NCBI GenBank assembly: GCA_010015805.1
Contig: ML978128.1
Coordinates: forward strand, 992,001-1,056,000
Source: Rhizodiscina lignyota
Lineage: Eukaryota
Direction of reading: 5' to 3'
DNA: 64,000 nucleotides
Part shown: one piece after another, positions 1-12,427 of the stretch
Position numbering within the stretch: the stretch's first letter is position 1
Layout of the letters: the number at the start of each line of letters is the position of its first letter
Program-made: the position numbers and the translations under genes
The notes under the pieces: model-generated
Told to the model about the DNA's origin: nothing
What the model saw: the letters and a program-made list of their open reading frames with translations, nothing else
The model's database searches: none

Positions 1-555
1 CAGGTCGATATTCATTAACCCGGTTCTGGCTAACAAGACTACGCTGATCAGTCTGGACCTGACGCATCAATGTCTTGCAACGCGAAAGGTGCGGGAATTC
101 TTACTCCACGGAGCTACGGGGTCTCCAGAGGGCAAGGAGCCATCACGACTACGGAGGTTGAACGAGGAGATTCTCGCTCACTTTGCATCCTCATACGAAG
201 AGTTCTTTGAAATGAGCAGAGGGCGTAAGATCGCATGCTGTTATCAGGGAAGCCATGGACTGACTAGAAACCAGCACCGTTACACGACCCGCTCGCTGTG
301 GCCGCAATCTTCGGCTTCGAGAACGACGCCATTTTTCCAGACGATGGTGCACGCTATTCCGTTAGCGTCGTAACTGCGGGAGAGCATGGAACTTCAGACG
401 AAGTCAGAGGGCAAGTCGGCAGGACAGTAGTCACTAAGCTGCCTGATGGCTCAAGCGGTGGTGTCCGAATACCACGAAAGCTCAATGTCGACGCCTTTTG
501 GAAGATGTTGGAGCAATGCTACTCTATTGCAGAAGCCAACGGAGCTATGCTATAG
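1..555 (+). CDS. Inosine/uridine-preferring nucleoside hydrolase (URH1-like), 3' part; 5' end outside window
   Basis: Frame 2 reads SIFINPVLANKTTLISLDLTHQCLAT. An intron at 225..274 (GTAAGA..CTGAC..CAG) joins to GPPLHDPLAVAA, the IU-NH family His motif, then GQVGRTVV and FW near the C-terminus. Stop at 553-555. Confidence 0.85.
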
Positions 556-589
556 ACCGACTCGACCTGTCTAGACTCTTCTTGTAAAT

Positions 590-1814
590 CTACGTATTCC
601 TCTCTGCGATCTCTTTGACAAACTCTCCGAAAGTCAGATCTTTCTCTTCATCTACTACCACATCAAGATTTGGTTGCATGAACAGTGCAAGCGTGTTTCT
701 AGCCACACCCTTGCACTCTCTCGGTGCACGCACGTAATGCGGCACCGCTTTGAAGGCGCCCTTCGTGATGAGCTCGAGCGCCTCTCCGGTTTGAAAGGCG
801 AGACAGTCAGGCGGGATGCTGACTTTTACGATCGAAGAGGTTCGCGAGGCAATATACAGACCCGCCTGGGGATCCGGTGGTGTACTCAGAGTATTGAGAT
901 TTTTGAGCTCCGGCGTACCGTTTGAGGTCATGATAGGTGGAAGAGGACCGGACTCGTCAATGTAGAGAGCGCTCGTCAAGGCGGTGAGGCAGCCATCGTC
1001 GAGATGAGTGGCGCACCAGTCATCATCGTCTTCTCGTGATCCATTTGATGCTGTTGCGTTTGTGGAACCGTTCACAGAGGACGATTCTGAAGGGAAATAG
1101 TGCAACAGCCTCGCCTTGTGTGTGATGCTCTTCTTCACCACCTCCTCAAGGAATCCTCCTCTGTATCCTTCCACGTGCTCCATTGCAAAAGAGTCGCATG
1201 CTTTTGCAACTGTTGATGCAAATTCCATGATCAGATCACACAGCTCCTCGAATACGGCTTTAAAGCCAGGGAGAAGCTCCTCCGCTGGCCAGAGACTTGG
1301 TGCGGTGTAGTCGTGAAACTGAACTTGATCCGCCACCGATTGCTCACGCAACGCCGACGTCTTCGAAACAGCAACATCTTCTGATGCGTATCGTAACCTG
1401 CATCCAATGTAGAAGGAGCCTTTGTGCGTGTCGTATGCTCCCGATTTCAACTTCTCTTTCCCATGACTCCAGCCTACGTTGTAATGAGTCTCAGGGCTCG
1501 TCAATAAATCTGGACCGTTAATTAGACCATGCTCTAGCCCAACTAAAGAGCCAGATATTACCGAGCTCCGCTTCCGGGAGCCGTGCTAGATACGATGCAT
1601 ATTGCAAGAGAGACTCGCGTAGACTTAGGAATCTGGAGGGAAGATCCTTTACGATCAAGATACCCAAACTGGACGGTCCGAATGCATCGACAAGCGAGGA
1701 TATTGGGACAGAGCCTGAGAATATAAATTAGTTCGACAATTTCGTCTGATGGACAAGAAGCTTCGAACCCCTTTTGAGATCTGCGAGGCTCACTGTAACA
1801 GGAGCACTTGACAT
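590..1814 (-). CDS. 2-oxoglutarate/Fe(II)-dependent oxygenase (isopenicillin N synthase/clavaminate synthase-like fold), 3 exons
   Basis: ATG at 1814 (MSSAPVTVSLADLK). The middle exon reads AFGPSSLGILIVKDLP. The main exon has YNVGWSHGKEKL, KARLLHYFP, the HxD motif WCATHLDDGCLT and the distal His in FKAVPHYVRA. Confidence 0.85.
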
Positions 1815-2191
1815 CTCGTCTACCTTACGCCAAGGTGCGAATCAGCCCATGGAATTGTGACCCTCACCACTCAACATCGTGATCTCATGTTCTGTGTCGC
1901 ACTGAGATTGCCATGCGATGTCGCTCCATCGTAGGTCATCTCCACACGGGAGCTGACAGCCGCGGATTTCGGGCCGGTTATTATCACAGCGATTGGTGTG
2001 ATAAATGATTCAAATAAGGCTGTCTAAGATGTCATGTTCATTTACATAGAAGCTAATGTATTTACAGCAATCGCTAATCGCTTGAATGTGTAACGAAGGG
2101 TATATGCGCTCATCAAACGAATGCTTTCAAAACGCTCAGTAGCGTTTCGCGAAACCACAGTCCAACTCCAGCAAATCCTGCAAAACTCCGT

Positions 2192-3730
2192 CTACAAGAT
2201 GGCGGCGACAATAACAACCGCTTGCACGGCCCTCAGCCTATCTTGCTCTTTCTTCATCATCACCAAAGCTGTGGCGACAACTACCTCCTCGGGGACCAAT
2301 TCCGTGCATCCAGGCTCGAGAACCAAATCCCCACCGATGCCTGCTCTTAGGTAGCCCTTGTCGCCCTTCGCATGTTGGGTAAATGCATCTTCGGATCGAA
2401 CAAGCTGAGCCAGCACACGTTGCGTTGGCTTCCCGTTGCTTTGCTTCGATAACGCAGTTGCTCTTGCCGCAGCCAGAATACCACTTGCATTCGACGGCTG
2501 CCGCTTCATCGGTCCACAATCCGACTGTTTGAGATCTATGTCTGATTTCGTTGGGAAGAGACGCTTCGCCTGGTCGAGCTTTGCGGCCACAGCTATCTTT
2601 TCGAATGAAGTTTGGGAGCACTCGCTATCATTTCGTCGAGCGCCATCTTTCGGTTGCTTCTGCACAAGGATGAGACGTTCCAGACGCCGGCCCCGCGCGT
2701 TTCTGAGGTTGGTGTACTTCCATTCGAATTCTCGACCCTCTCCGTCTGGAATGCGGAAAGACTGGTTCCGCCGGAAGCCCTTCGAGGTGATCGTGAAAGG
2801 CTCGAGCACAGCTGAGTCGGATCGTAGAGATGTTAGGATGGTCTGTCTATCGTATGATGCCCCGAGGATATTGCCTCCCTCAGGCGTAGAGAGGACGAAA
2901 TTCGGAGTTGACCGCTTTGCACGTGTGGAGGTGTAGGCGAGGGTGCCATCCGAGTTGGTGACAAGAATGCTGAGCTCTTTTGAAGCGAGAGGCAGACGGA
3001 TTGGGTGCATGCCCCGAGCGTGTATTCGCAAGGTCTTGCTGTCTGCAGATGGCGGAGAAATTGGTTCAGGTATAGAGTCTGTCATGTGCATACTATAAAT
3101 CGATTCTTCCCGAGCAAGTCCAGCATCGGCGTCTGCTTCTTCATCCTTTAGAGTTTCTCTTAAAGCTTCTTTCTCGGCCGCTGTGAGCGTAAAACTGTTT
3201 GTGGGGTCAAGAGGGTGACCAATAGGCGATTCCACTTGATATTCCGGAGGTACATCGCTATAGCTTGCGCTATATCTTATTGATGAAGTCGAGGACGTCC
3301 TTGAGGTCCTTGTGGTTCGCCGTGATGGTGATCTGACTGGGATTGCTGGACGTTCATCGACTGAAGTATATGATGGAGGTCGTCCTCCACTAATTTGGCT
3401 GTCCTCTAATTGCTTGATTGCCCGGTCCAGAGAATCATCGCTTGAGTAAGAAGTGGCGCTCGAACCGGAGGGAAGCTCAACCGGTGACGAAGTTGTTTCC
3501 GAAGATAGCTCGACAGGCGTTATTGGTCTTGATTCTGGAACTATAGATAATCGAAGACCTCGTCTTGACGATTTTCGAGGAATAGGCGGCGCGGGACCTG
3601 ATGGAATCGTTGCGGTGAGACTACTGAACGAACTAAGATCACTGAGCAAAGCAGATCTTTGAGGATCCCGTTGAAGATAGACTATTTCCGGATCGCTCGC
3701 ATCCGGTGGATAGATGGCAATTGCAGACAT
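2192..3730 (-). CDS. Hypothetical fungal protein, 512 aa; Ser/Pro-rich disordered N-half and a globular C-terminal domain
   Basis: Long uninterrupted ATG-started ORF. The C-terminal part (LAYTSTRAKRS...FEWKY...AQLVRS...RAGIGGDLVL..EEVVVATALVMMKKE) resembles a recurring uncharacterised ascomycete family. Confidence 0.7.
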   Translation of the reverse strand: MSAIAIYPPDASDPEIVYLQRDPQRSALLSDLSSFSSLTATIPSGPAPPIPRKSSRRGLRLSIVPESRPITPVELSSETTSSPVELPSGSSATSYSSDDSLDRAIKQLEDSQISGGRPPSYTSVDERPAIPVRSPSRRTTRTSRTSSTSSIRYSASYSDVPPEYQVESPIGHPLDPTNSFTLTAAEKEALRETLKDEEADADAGLAREESIYSMHMTDSIPEPISPPSADSKTLRIHARGMHPIRLPLASKELSILVTNSDGTLAYTSTRAKRSTPNFVLSTPEGGNILGASYDRQTILTSLRSDSAVLEPFTITSKGFRRNQSFRIPDGEGREFEWKYTNLRNARGRRLERLILVQKQPKDGARRNDSECSQTSFEKIAVAAKLDQAKRLFPTKSDIDLKQSDCGPMKRQPSNASGILAAARATALSKQSNGKPTQRVLAQLVRSEDAFTQHAKGDKGYLRAGIGGDLVLEPGCTELVPEEVVVATALVMMKKEQDRLRAVQAVVIVAAIL

Positions 3731-4771
3731 GATGATTCCACGTGATCTAGGCGGTAGGTGCGTGCCGGTGGTCGAGATTCATATGGGAGGCGAGCGACGG
3801 CGTGGCGGTGAACGTCCAAATCCGAATATATTGGAAGTTTAGAGAAGCATCAGCGGAAATTTCGGTGGAGCTGTAGAGGCGTATATAATGCAGATGAGGG
3901 GTTAGTAGATTTGAAAAAGGTAAGAGGTGAGCGAGGGAATTGTGGCAGCGAGAAGCGTCTATATGTTTGCCATCCGAGATGTGCCTCACAGCATGATATG
4001 TTGATCAGCCGCCTACGCCCGTACAAAAGATTGGTCAGGTCGGACTCGTACTTCTCGCACGCAAACGCGTCCGCCTGGCGGCTGCGTACTTAAACAAAGC
4101 CCACGGAAGGACTCTTTCGCTTTTTCTCCGCCTCAACACATTCCTGCAGCACTCGGGCAAAAGCAGCCGGAGCGTAACGCACTGATCTCGCATCGTAGGC
4201 TAAACGCAGGCCTCTCGCAAGGCGGAGTTCTGCGGGATGATGGCAGTGGTTGCTGCAAGCGGCGAGGATCTGACCGGAGTCATGGGTGACGTGCGAGGGG
4301 TGGCTCAGCAGCCGCTGTCGGCCGACTGGTACGACTGGTGCACAAAACAGCCTGTAGCTACGATGTACCCCTCTGGAGCGGGGCGTTCAGGATCAATCTG
4401 TCATTGAGGACACCTTTGCGACGGGTGCATGCGACCAAAGCGAGTCGAGCGAATAAGACGACGCGATGTCGCCCTGCCGAAGACAGACGTTGCTTTTGCT
4501 CTGGCGGACACTTTAGAGTGGGGGACAAGGCAAAGCGTCCCGACTGCGGGGCGTGATTGCACGCTTTTCGGCGCTAGCCGCTCATTCGCCAATTCCCAGT
4601 CAAAGCTCCCCCTCCATGCATGATGCGGGTGACGGGTGCAAACTCCTCACGGCAGAGCTCGAGGAGGTGTGACGATACACTCTCGCGAGTCATCAGGCTT
4701 ATTGCACATACTGTAACGCTGTCAGATTACTGTCCATTCCATCCTTCTCGTAAAGTCAATTTACCAGTCCA

Positions 4772-7278
4772 ATGAGATTCGGGCGAACGCTCAAGACCCA
4801 GGTCTACTCGCCATGGCGGGACCAGTACATTGACTACGACAAGCTGAAGCAGCTGCTTCGCGAAGCTGGCTCTGACCAAGGCATTGACCCTCAAGATGAC
4901 GATGACTGGACCGAGCAGGACGAGAGTGCCTTTGTTGAAGAGCTGGTGAACAATCAGCTGGAGAAGGTTGCCAATTTCCAGAAGCAGACCAGCCAGAAGC
5001 TACGAGACCGGACGGCTGAATGTGAGAAGAAGCTCGAACCACTTGGCGATGGACTCCAGATCAAGGTCGAAGACGCCGACAAGAAGCAGGAGCCGAACGG
5101 AGAACCGAGCAAGGCCGACATCAGTGAAAATGAGAGGAACGAGATCCTGAAGAGCGTGCTGAAGGAGCTCGATGAAATCACCAAGGAGACGAATGAGCTG
5201 GAGCGATACAGCAGAATCAACTATACTGGTTTCCTCAAAGCCGCAAAGAAGCACGATAGGCGAAGAGGGCACAACTACAGAGTCAGGCCACTCCTTCAAG
5301 TTCGCTTGTCGGCATTGCCATTCAACCAGGAAGACTACTCGCCATTGCTATTCAGGCTCTCGGTTATGTATTCATTCGTTCGGCAGAAGCTTGATGGCAA
5401 GTCCACGCAAGACACGTCCTTTTCTGATAACCAGACTAGTGGAGAGAGCTTCGTGTCGCACAAATGTAGGCTCATCCGTCTCTCGATATAAGAACGCTGT
5501 ACACTAACAACGGAGCAGTCTGGGTGCATCCTGAGAATCTTCTCGAAGTCAAGACAGTCATCCTTCGCCGTCTTCCCGTCCTCGTCTACAACCCTCAAAC
5601 GTCCAAAATTGCGGAAGGGAGCCAACGAGACCCTGAGCTCACATCCATCTACTTTGACAATCCAAAATTCAGCCTATACACAAAGAAGGTCGACCACGAA
5701 CCGAATGCCACCTCGCTACGGTTGAGATGGTACGGGCAGCTCTCCGAGAAGCCAGAGATTTTGCTTGAGATGAAGACCATCAAGGAGGGAGATGTGAGCG
5801 AGGAGCAACGCTTCCCAATCAAGGAGAAATATATACAGCCGTTCATCAAGGGAGAGTACAAGATGGAGAAGTCCATTGAAAAGCTCAAGCACCGGGCAGG
5901 AGACGCAAATGGCGACAAGGTTGCGGAATTCGAGAAATCGGTGGATGAGATTCAGTCCTTCATCCTGGACAACGATCTGCAACCAGTTGTCCGTGCCAAC
6001 TACAGCCGCACTGCGTTCCAGATCCCTGGTGACGATCGTGTTCGCATCAGCCTCGATACGAACCTCGCCATGATCCGTGAAGACGCAATCGATGCTGAAC
6101 GACCATGCCGCGACCCAGATGATTGGCACCGCAAGGACATTGACGATGCAGAAATGGAATTTCCCTTCTCTCGTATCCGCAAGGGCGAAATTAATCGCTT
6201 CCCGTTCGCGCTGCTCGAAATCAAGATCAAAGGCAATAAGCAGTACGAATGGATTGATGACCTGATGAACAGCCATCTCGTCACGCCCGCACCACGCTTC
6301 AGCAAGTTCGTGCAAGGCGTGGCCAATTTGTTCGAAGATTACGTGAACAGCTTCCCATTCTGGCTCAGCCAAGTCGAGACGGACATTCGCCGCGATCCAC
6401 AACAGGCGTTTGAAGAGGAGCAGGCAAGGCGAAAGAAGATAGCTGATGATGATATCGCCGTCGGAAGCCTTCTTAGTGCAACCCGTAACAGCCCTGCTCT
6501 TCGCCAGAATCTCGGTAGCCCGGTGGGTAGCCCGGCCAGGCAGCGCGAGATTGCAGGCAGCATGAGCGGGCGCGCGATGGCTGACATGGCCAAGAATGCC
6601 GCAGTCGCGGGTCAGGAGAAGACTGGTAAGGAAGACGTCGTCGAAGAGGAGGACTCGGATGATGATGGAGTGCAAGGCGATAGCCAAGAGCATGAATCCC
6701 ATGGTTTTGCTGCCCTCTTCCCTAGCTTTTCCACAAGCAAGTACGCTCGTGCGCGGCGTGAGAGGGGAGGGGAGGCCAAGCTCCCACCTGGTGTGAACAC
6801 ACCTACTTACTGGCTGAAAGACCAGGGCCCTGTCAAGGTCGAAGCAAAGGTGTGGCTTGCGAACCAGCGAACCTTTATCAAATGGCAGCACGTTGCCATT
6901 CTACTCGCCTCGCTGTCGTTGGGTCTTTACAATGCCGCCGGCGAAACCAATAATATCGCCCGCAGTCTGGCAATCGTTTACACGCTCGTCGCAGTCTTTG
7001 CCGGGATTTGGGGCTGGGGAATGTATTTGTACCGCAGCAACTTGATTGAGAAGAGGAGCGGGCGTGAGATGGAGAGTATGGTTGGACCAATCGTCGTTTG
7101 CATAGGCTTGGTCATCGCGCTAAGTCTGAATTTCGGGTTCAAGGTAAGGCTCGAATATTATTTATTGGAGGTATCTCTTTGCTAATGATTCGGACAGTAT
7201 CACGCTGCGATGCTGGACAGGGAGAGAGAAAGCGGTCAGAATGGCACTTCTCTATTCCTGCATGGTGAACTACTGTAA
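4772..7278 (+). CDS. VTC2: Vacuolar transporter chaperone subunit Vtc2/Vtc3 (SPX + VTC + DUF202 TM domain), 3 exons
   Basis: SPX start MRFGRTLK..W..YIDYDKLK and NYTGFLKAAKKHD. Intron 5466..5518 gives HKFWVHPEN. SIYFDN, LRLRWYG and FSKFVQG mark the VTC domain. KVEAKVWLANQRTF plus 3 TM helices is Vtc2/3-type. Intron 7144..7197, then last exon to TAA at 7278. Confidence 0.9.
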
Positions 7279-8067
7279 ATGCAAGAATGATCGAAGTCAG
7301 GCCGCGCGGTCTGTCTTCCAAGTACTATATCCTGGCCCTCGACGTATTCCAGGTGGTCAAACGGGTTAATGAGTAAACTGTAGTCGGGTCGAACTGGAGT
7401 AATGCTCAGGCTGACCTGAGGTGGTGCTCCCTCTGTATATGCTACGAAATGTGGATATTCATTCCTGGAACTTGAACAATTCGCTCAAAGCATATCGAGA
7501 TGCAATGAGCTTCAACATTCATCTTATTCTCTCATTTTGACTTGAAGCCTTAAACACGACTGAATCCTTTACTTGGAATTTTGAGACTGATATTGCTTTC
7601 GGACCCTGGTCAGCCTTGGCACTGGACCAGCTATCAGGCTATTTCGACCGCCTCCATCGAAATTCCCTCCACATATCAACCTAAACATCATTTTAGCCGT
7701 AGTTCTTTGTGTCTTGGTATCACTAGCAATGCATGCTGGGGTCTTGAAATCTCAAAAGTGTAATTCAACACTTGGCTTGTCGAGTGGCCGGCGCGTCCTC
7801 CATCCGAGCGCGTCATGCCATCGTGAAGCCAAGGTTGCTTTCCTCAAATTACCTACAGATGGATAGAGCGTTTCATGAGAATCTTGAGCTGACTATGATA
7901 GAAGTGTGTTGAACTGCAATCCTCCGGAGGTCTATGGTGAGACGCGAGGTTGTGGAATCTCCTCCTCACATTCCGTGTTTTCTTTGTTCTTGCACCGTGG
8001 ATACATATCACTCTCTCCTGGCCTAATCCCAGTCATTCATTTTGACCATGGTACATCTAGAGCAGCA

Positions 8068-11000
8068 ATGATCTATCAAGATCCTCTACTGGCTCTGCTG
8101 GTGATTTTGATCGCCGTCCAGTCTCTACTCGTCAACGCGCAAAGTTCGACCTGCAGTCTTTCTCGACTTACTTTAAGGTCCACGAGCTATTCAACCGCTG
8201 CTATAATTACTGTCACTCCTTGTCCTACTGCTACTTGGGGCACTCTTAGTGTTATTACAGAGACCTGCCCTGTTGAATATGTCACTTTTACGTCCTTCGT
8301 TACGCTGCCAGACATTGAATCTATTAGTACATTCACCGCGAATGCGTCCACTGTAACCCTTACAGCGCCGCCTTCAACCATCTTCTCTACCGTTACTCTG
8401 TCCGGTTCAGCTGCGCCGTCACCGATCATTGCATCTAACGCATCTAAGGTAGACCTTCCACTTGACAACATCGCTCCAAATACGGAATACTCAGCCTCCG
8501 GAACGGTTTTAGTCACTTCTGGAAGCACTCGTCGGAAGTGGAAGAGACAGTCGACCGGCTGCACCCTTTCGATCACCAATGATGGCACCACAATCGCCGT
8601 AATAGACCTTGATCAAGCGGCAGCAAACGGCTCACTAGCGTATACCACCGATGATTTCTCGCCATCGCCAGGGTCGTCGCTCGAGTACGTCGAATCATGT
8701 CCTGACGGAGTTACGGCCCCCGTTGTTTCAATTGGCAATGTCCAGTTAACTTTTCTGCCGCCCACTCTGTCTGGAGTCAGCCGACTGGCGCCGGCCGAAG
8801 AATCAACTACAACCATTGTCCAGACAAGCTTCATCACAATACAAGTCAACGGCACTGAGACACTGTTTCAACCGAGCATAGTTGCGAGCACTCTGGTGCT
8901 GAATACGACTCTCACGGAAACCGTCAGTGCCACTCAGGTTTTAACATTTACCGAGACTGAGAGCGCAGCGAGATTGACTTTCACCGAGACCGAGACCTGG
9001 AACGCTACTCAAGCCTTCACTTTCACAGAGACGGTCAGCGCGACTGAGACATCCACGACCACGATATCTCCTCCGCCTCCGTCAATCCAGATTGTTACTC
9101 AGTCGATTACGACCATAGTTGTTGTGGAGCAGAACCAAACAACGACTCTTTCACCGCAGATACAAACAGTTACAAATACTCAGCTTGAAACAGTCACCGA
9201 ATCTGCTCCGTATTTACAGCCCACAACGGTCTATTCGAACATCTTGGCCGTCAGCACCACAACAGAGTTTCAGGCATCTGTGGAGCCTACGATAGTCTAC
9301 GAGTACATCTCAATTGTTAGCACCACGACAGAGTTTCAGGCATCTGTCGAGCCTTACACGATTTACTCGGACATCTTGTTTGTTAGCACTACGACAGAGT
9401 TCTACGCATCCGCCGAGCCCATCACGATCTATTCGAATCTCGCAATACCAACAACAGTGTTCTCAAACGTATCCATCGTCAGCACGACGACTCAATTTCA
9501 GGTCTCCGCCGAGCCAACAACAATATTCTCAAATATTACGGTTCCAACAACTATCTTTTCAAACCTCACGATTCCGCAAACTATCTATGTCACTTCCGAC
9601 GACACTATCGTTGAGCTTTCGGCAAGTCCTACAACAATTATCCAAAGTACAACGCTATATCAGACCAATACGGCCACCCAGACTCTCTGCTTGGTCACAG
9701 GTTCGAGCCTTTAGATTGATTCAGCATAGTGCACATACTAACACAATCAGAGACGTCAACATCACTCGCGGCATACTCTACCATAACGGAATACTTTGAA
9801 ACTCTCGAGACTGTGTGTTCCAAGCTTTGTCCGACGGAATATGGACTCTACAATTGCTAATTGCTGACTGAAGGTCACGCCGACTCAAACAATCCTCGAG
9901 TCTATACCCATGTCGACAGCATACGCCACGACAACCATTACGACCACAGTTGTGGAGATTATCCAGGAGTATGTGTAATTCCTAATCAATGATTGATTTG
10001 CTAACCGGTCGAAGGCCCTCCGTAATTCTCACTACGAGCACGACAAGCACTACAGCGACGACAACGGTGACTACGACCTTGTTTTTCCCCAAGCAACGTC
10101 GAGAGGCAGTTATCGGTGAGCAGACAGACCCAGGATCTCCCATGTACACTCCTCACATGCTCCAAAAACGTCCAGCGGGACCGCCTCTACCATCATCAAG
10201 CCCTTCCTCGATAGGGGCATCCATATCCGCGATACCATCCATTGTTTTGACGCCATCCACCTCGGTTGGCTATTCCCCGTCAGCTGCGAACTCAGCCTTC
10301 GTACAGAGCACAGCGCCACCAACGAGCTCCGGGTCTCTTGAAAACTCCATCTTGATTGCGAATTCGGCAGCCTCCGCCGCCTCCTGTGATTCCTATAGTA
10401 TAATTACGACTGTCGTTAGCATCACATCCACGGTCAGCAGCGAATTACATACAACTAGAACTACGTCGTTGTGTAAGCATCCTGCACATGATACCGTATA
10501 GATGTTAGCAATACTGAGTCTTGAATAGCAGCTATTGATGTCACAGCAATGGTATTTTATATCGACACAATAGTGCTTACGGAGACCTCAACAGCAAGTC
10601 CCACTCTACAAAGAATTGACGGATTTCTGCTAATTCGGATGTAGTCTGTCAATGCAGTCACATCGACGGTTGATTACACGTTCACAGTAGCAACAACAAC
10701 ATATTATGTCACAGGTCTGTTCTATTTTCCAGGTCCCAAGGAGCGAGCTGACGGAAACCAGCGACTGATTTGACCGACGTGGGCCAGCACACAGTCCTAC
10801 CCACTGCATGTCCTCAGACTAGTATACTCACTGCCTCAACGGTCGGCAACGGCCAAACATTACACCATCCTTATACTCGCTACTATGCGGGCACTGGTTA
10901 TTCAGAGAACCTCAACAATCCCGGAAACGATGGAGGTTCTCAGCATCCGGCGCAAAGCACGACCTTCCCGGGCACCGTGGCGCCGTGCAATGCGCTTCAG

Positions 11001-11186
11001 CAGTGCGGCAATTACATTTGGAGCCTGGAGCCCAATAGCGCGGTCTACTATTCGTGGCAGCTCCTATTCCTTGCCAGCACGTCCAGTTGGGTCTGCCAAG
11101 GATTTTGGGATCCCAATGTTGATGCTTCGTACTTCAACGTGCTGAATCCTAATGTCTTGTGGGCTTATGGGTATAGTAGCCCTTAA
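8068..11186 (+). CDS. Secreted Ser/Thr-rich mucin/adhesin-like protein with internal repeats and a Cys/aromatic-rich C-terminal domain, 7 exons
   Basis: Signal peptide MIYQDPLLALLVILIAVQSLLVNAQ from ATG 8068. Six introns (donors near 9701, 9813, 9969, 10473, 10594, 10715) splice in frame through to ...WAYGYSSP*. Contains STTTEFxASxEP repeats. Confidence 0.75.
9250..9580 (+). repeat. Coding tandem repeat, about four 22-aa-type units (VSTTTEFQASVEPTIVYxxIxx) plus short PTTIFSNxT units
   Basis: Repeated nucleotide blocks agcaccac.acagagtttcaggcatctgt.gagcc are visible at ~9253, 9318, 9384 and 9481. Confidence 0.8.
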
Positions 11187-11434
11187 GGCTCATGATTGGC
11201 ATAAATTTTGAGGCCAATTGCTCATGCTCATTTCTTATACTGCTGAAACTGCGGGCCACGTCTCTCGCAAGAATAGACGTCGGACGATGGTGAGCTTCGC
11301 TAAGAATATGGAGGAGAATAAGGAGCCGAAAATCGACTTCGCGTCCGAGCGTACGAAATAGGTCATCCTCCTTCTAGCTGGATCCATGGAACTGCTGTCA
11401 CATAGAATCATGAAAGCTTGCAACGAGAAGACAC

Positions 11435-12427
11435 TCAAAGGAACAGAGGTTGATTCAAATCCATCTCAGAGCCCACACTAAGCTGCGGAACCTGCGTATA
11501 CCTCTGCCTCAACAACCACCTCGTGTTCTGCAAGAGCTGCAAATAGCTCAGATTCCCATACGCCCGCACCGTCTCCAAGAACGCCCAGCTCATCGCGCCG
11601 ACATGGCCGCCTGCGATGTTCGCATCCGCCGACGTCTGATCGTCCCTGCACCCGGAGAACATGATCACGCGCTTGTTCTCCCCCTTCCAGTTCTCGCAGA
11701 AGTACTCCTCGCCCAAGCCCTCCTCGTGTGACTCGCCGATGTGCTGCAGTGATTTGAAGAAGGTCTTCGCGCCGGCGTAGAGCTGCCGCGCGTCTTGGGA
11801 TTGCTGGATCGAGAAGTCGCCTTGGAGGAGGTGGGAGGCGGCCGAAGCGAGGCGCATGCCTTGTCGGACGCTGCAAGACAGTTAGCTACGAGTCTTCTTC
11901 ATTTCGTTCGCAAATGATCGAACATACTTGTCCAACATACGCACGTTGCCGTCTGAGTCGCTGCGGTAGACATATGGAAGCTCTATCGCCGACCCGCTGT
12001 GACAGCAGTCGAAAACGACGTGCAACTGACATCCTGGAGCTAAGGCGGAGACGAGATGTCGGTGCAGCGTGCCGCTGTCAATCTGGCCGCACCACTGGTA
12101 GTCCACGGGGACAATCGTATCGCTGAACCCAGACGCGCGGTCTCCGACCTGATCAGGAACCTGCCCGCCGTGTCCAGAGTAGTGGAGGAAGAGCGAGCAG
12201 TTCGGCTCGGAGACCAACCAGTCCATCGCCGCGAGGATGTTGTGTCCGGTAGGGAAGTGAGGCCCACGGAGGTCGTCCGCGAGTATCACCATGCTGCTCT
12301 CGTCTGCCACGAAGCCGCGAGACTTGAGGAAGGGCACCATGTTCCGGACATCCTGTCTGCAGCCCTTGAGCTCGTGCTGGCTGCCCGTGTAGTTGATGCC
12401 GATCAGAAGCGCCTTGCGACGACCCAT
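11435..12427 (-). CDS. Metacaspase (peptidase C14B), 2 exons, apparently without N-terminal prodomain
   Basis: GRRKALLIGINY, LKGC..D, catalytic HYSGHG and DCCHSG. The p10 region has MFSGCRDDQTSADA, GAMSWAF and QVPQLS. An intron at ~11872..11928 (GTATGT..GCTAAC..CAG) joins the two ORFs. Confidence 0.92.

Noticed and set aside
3739..3744. CACGTG (Pho4/NUC-1-type site) upstream of VTC2
   Set aside because: Single hexamer ~1 kb from the VTC2 start and right beside the neighbouring gene's ATG; not distinguishable from chance.
5716..6891. 391-aa antisense ORF inside VTC2
   Set aside because: Shadow ORF from codon bias of the sense gene; no recognisable motifs.
7906..8067. N-terminal extension of the mucin-like ORF given by the ORF track
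   Set aside because: Starts at a non-ATG codon; the signal peptide begins at ATG 8068.
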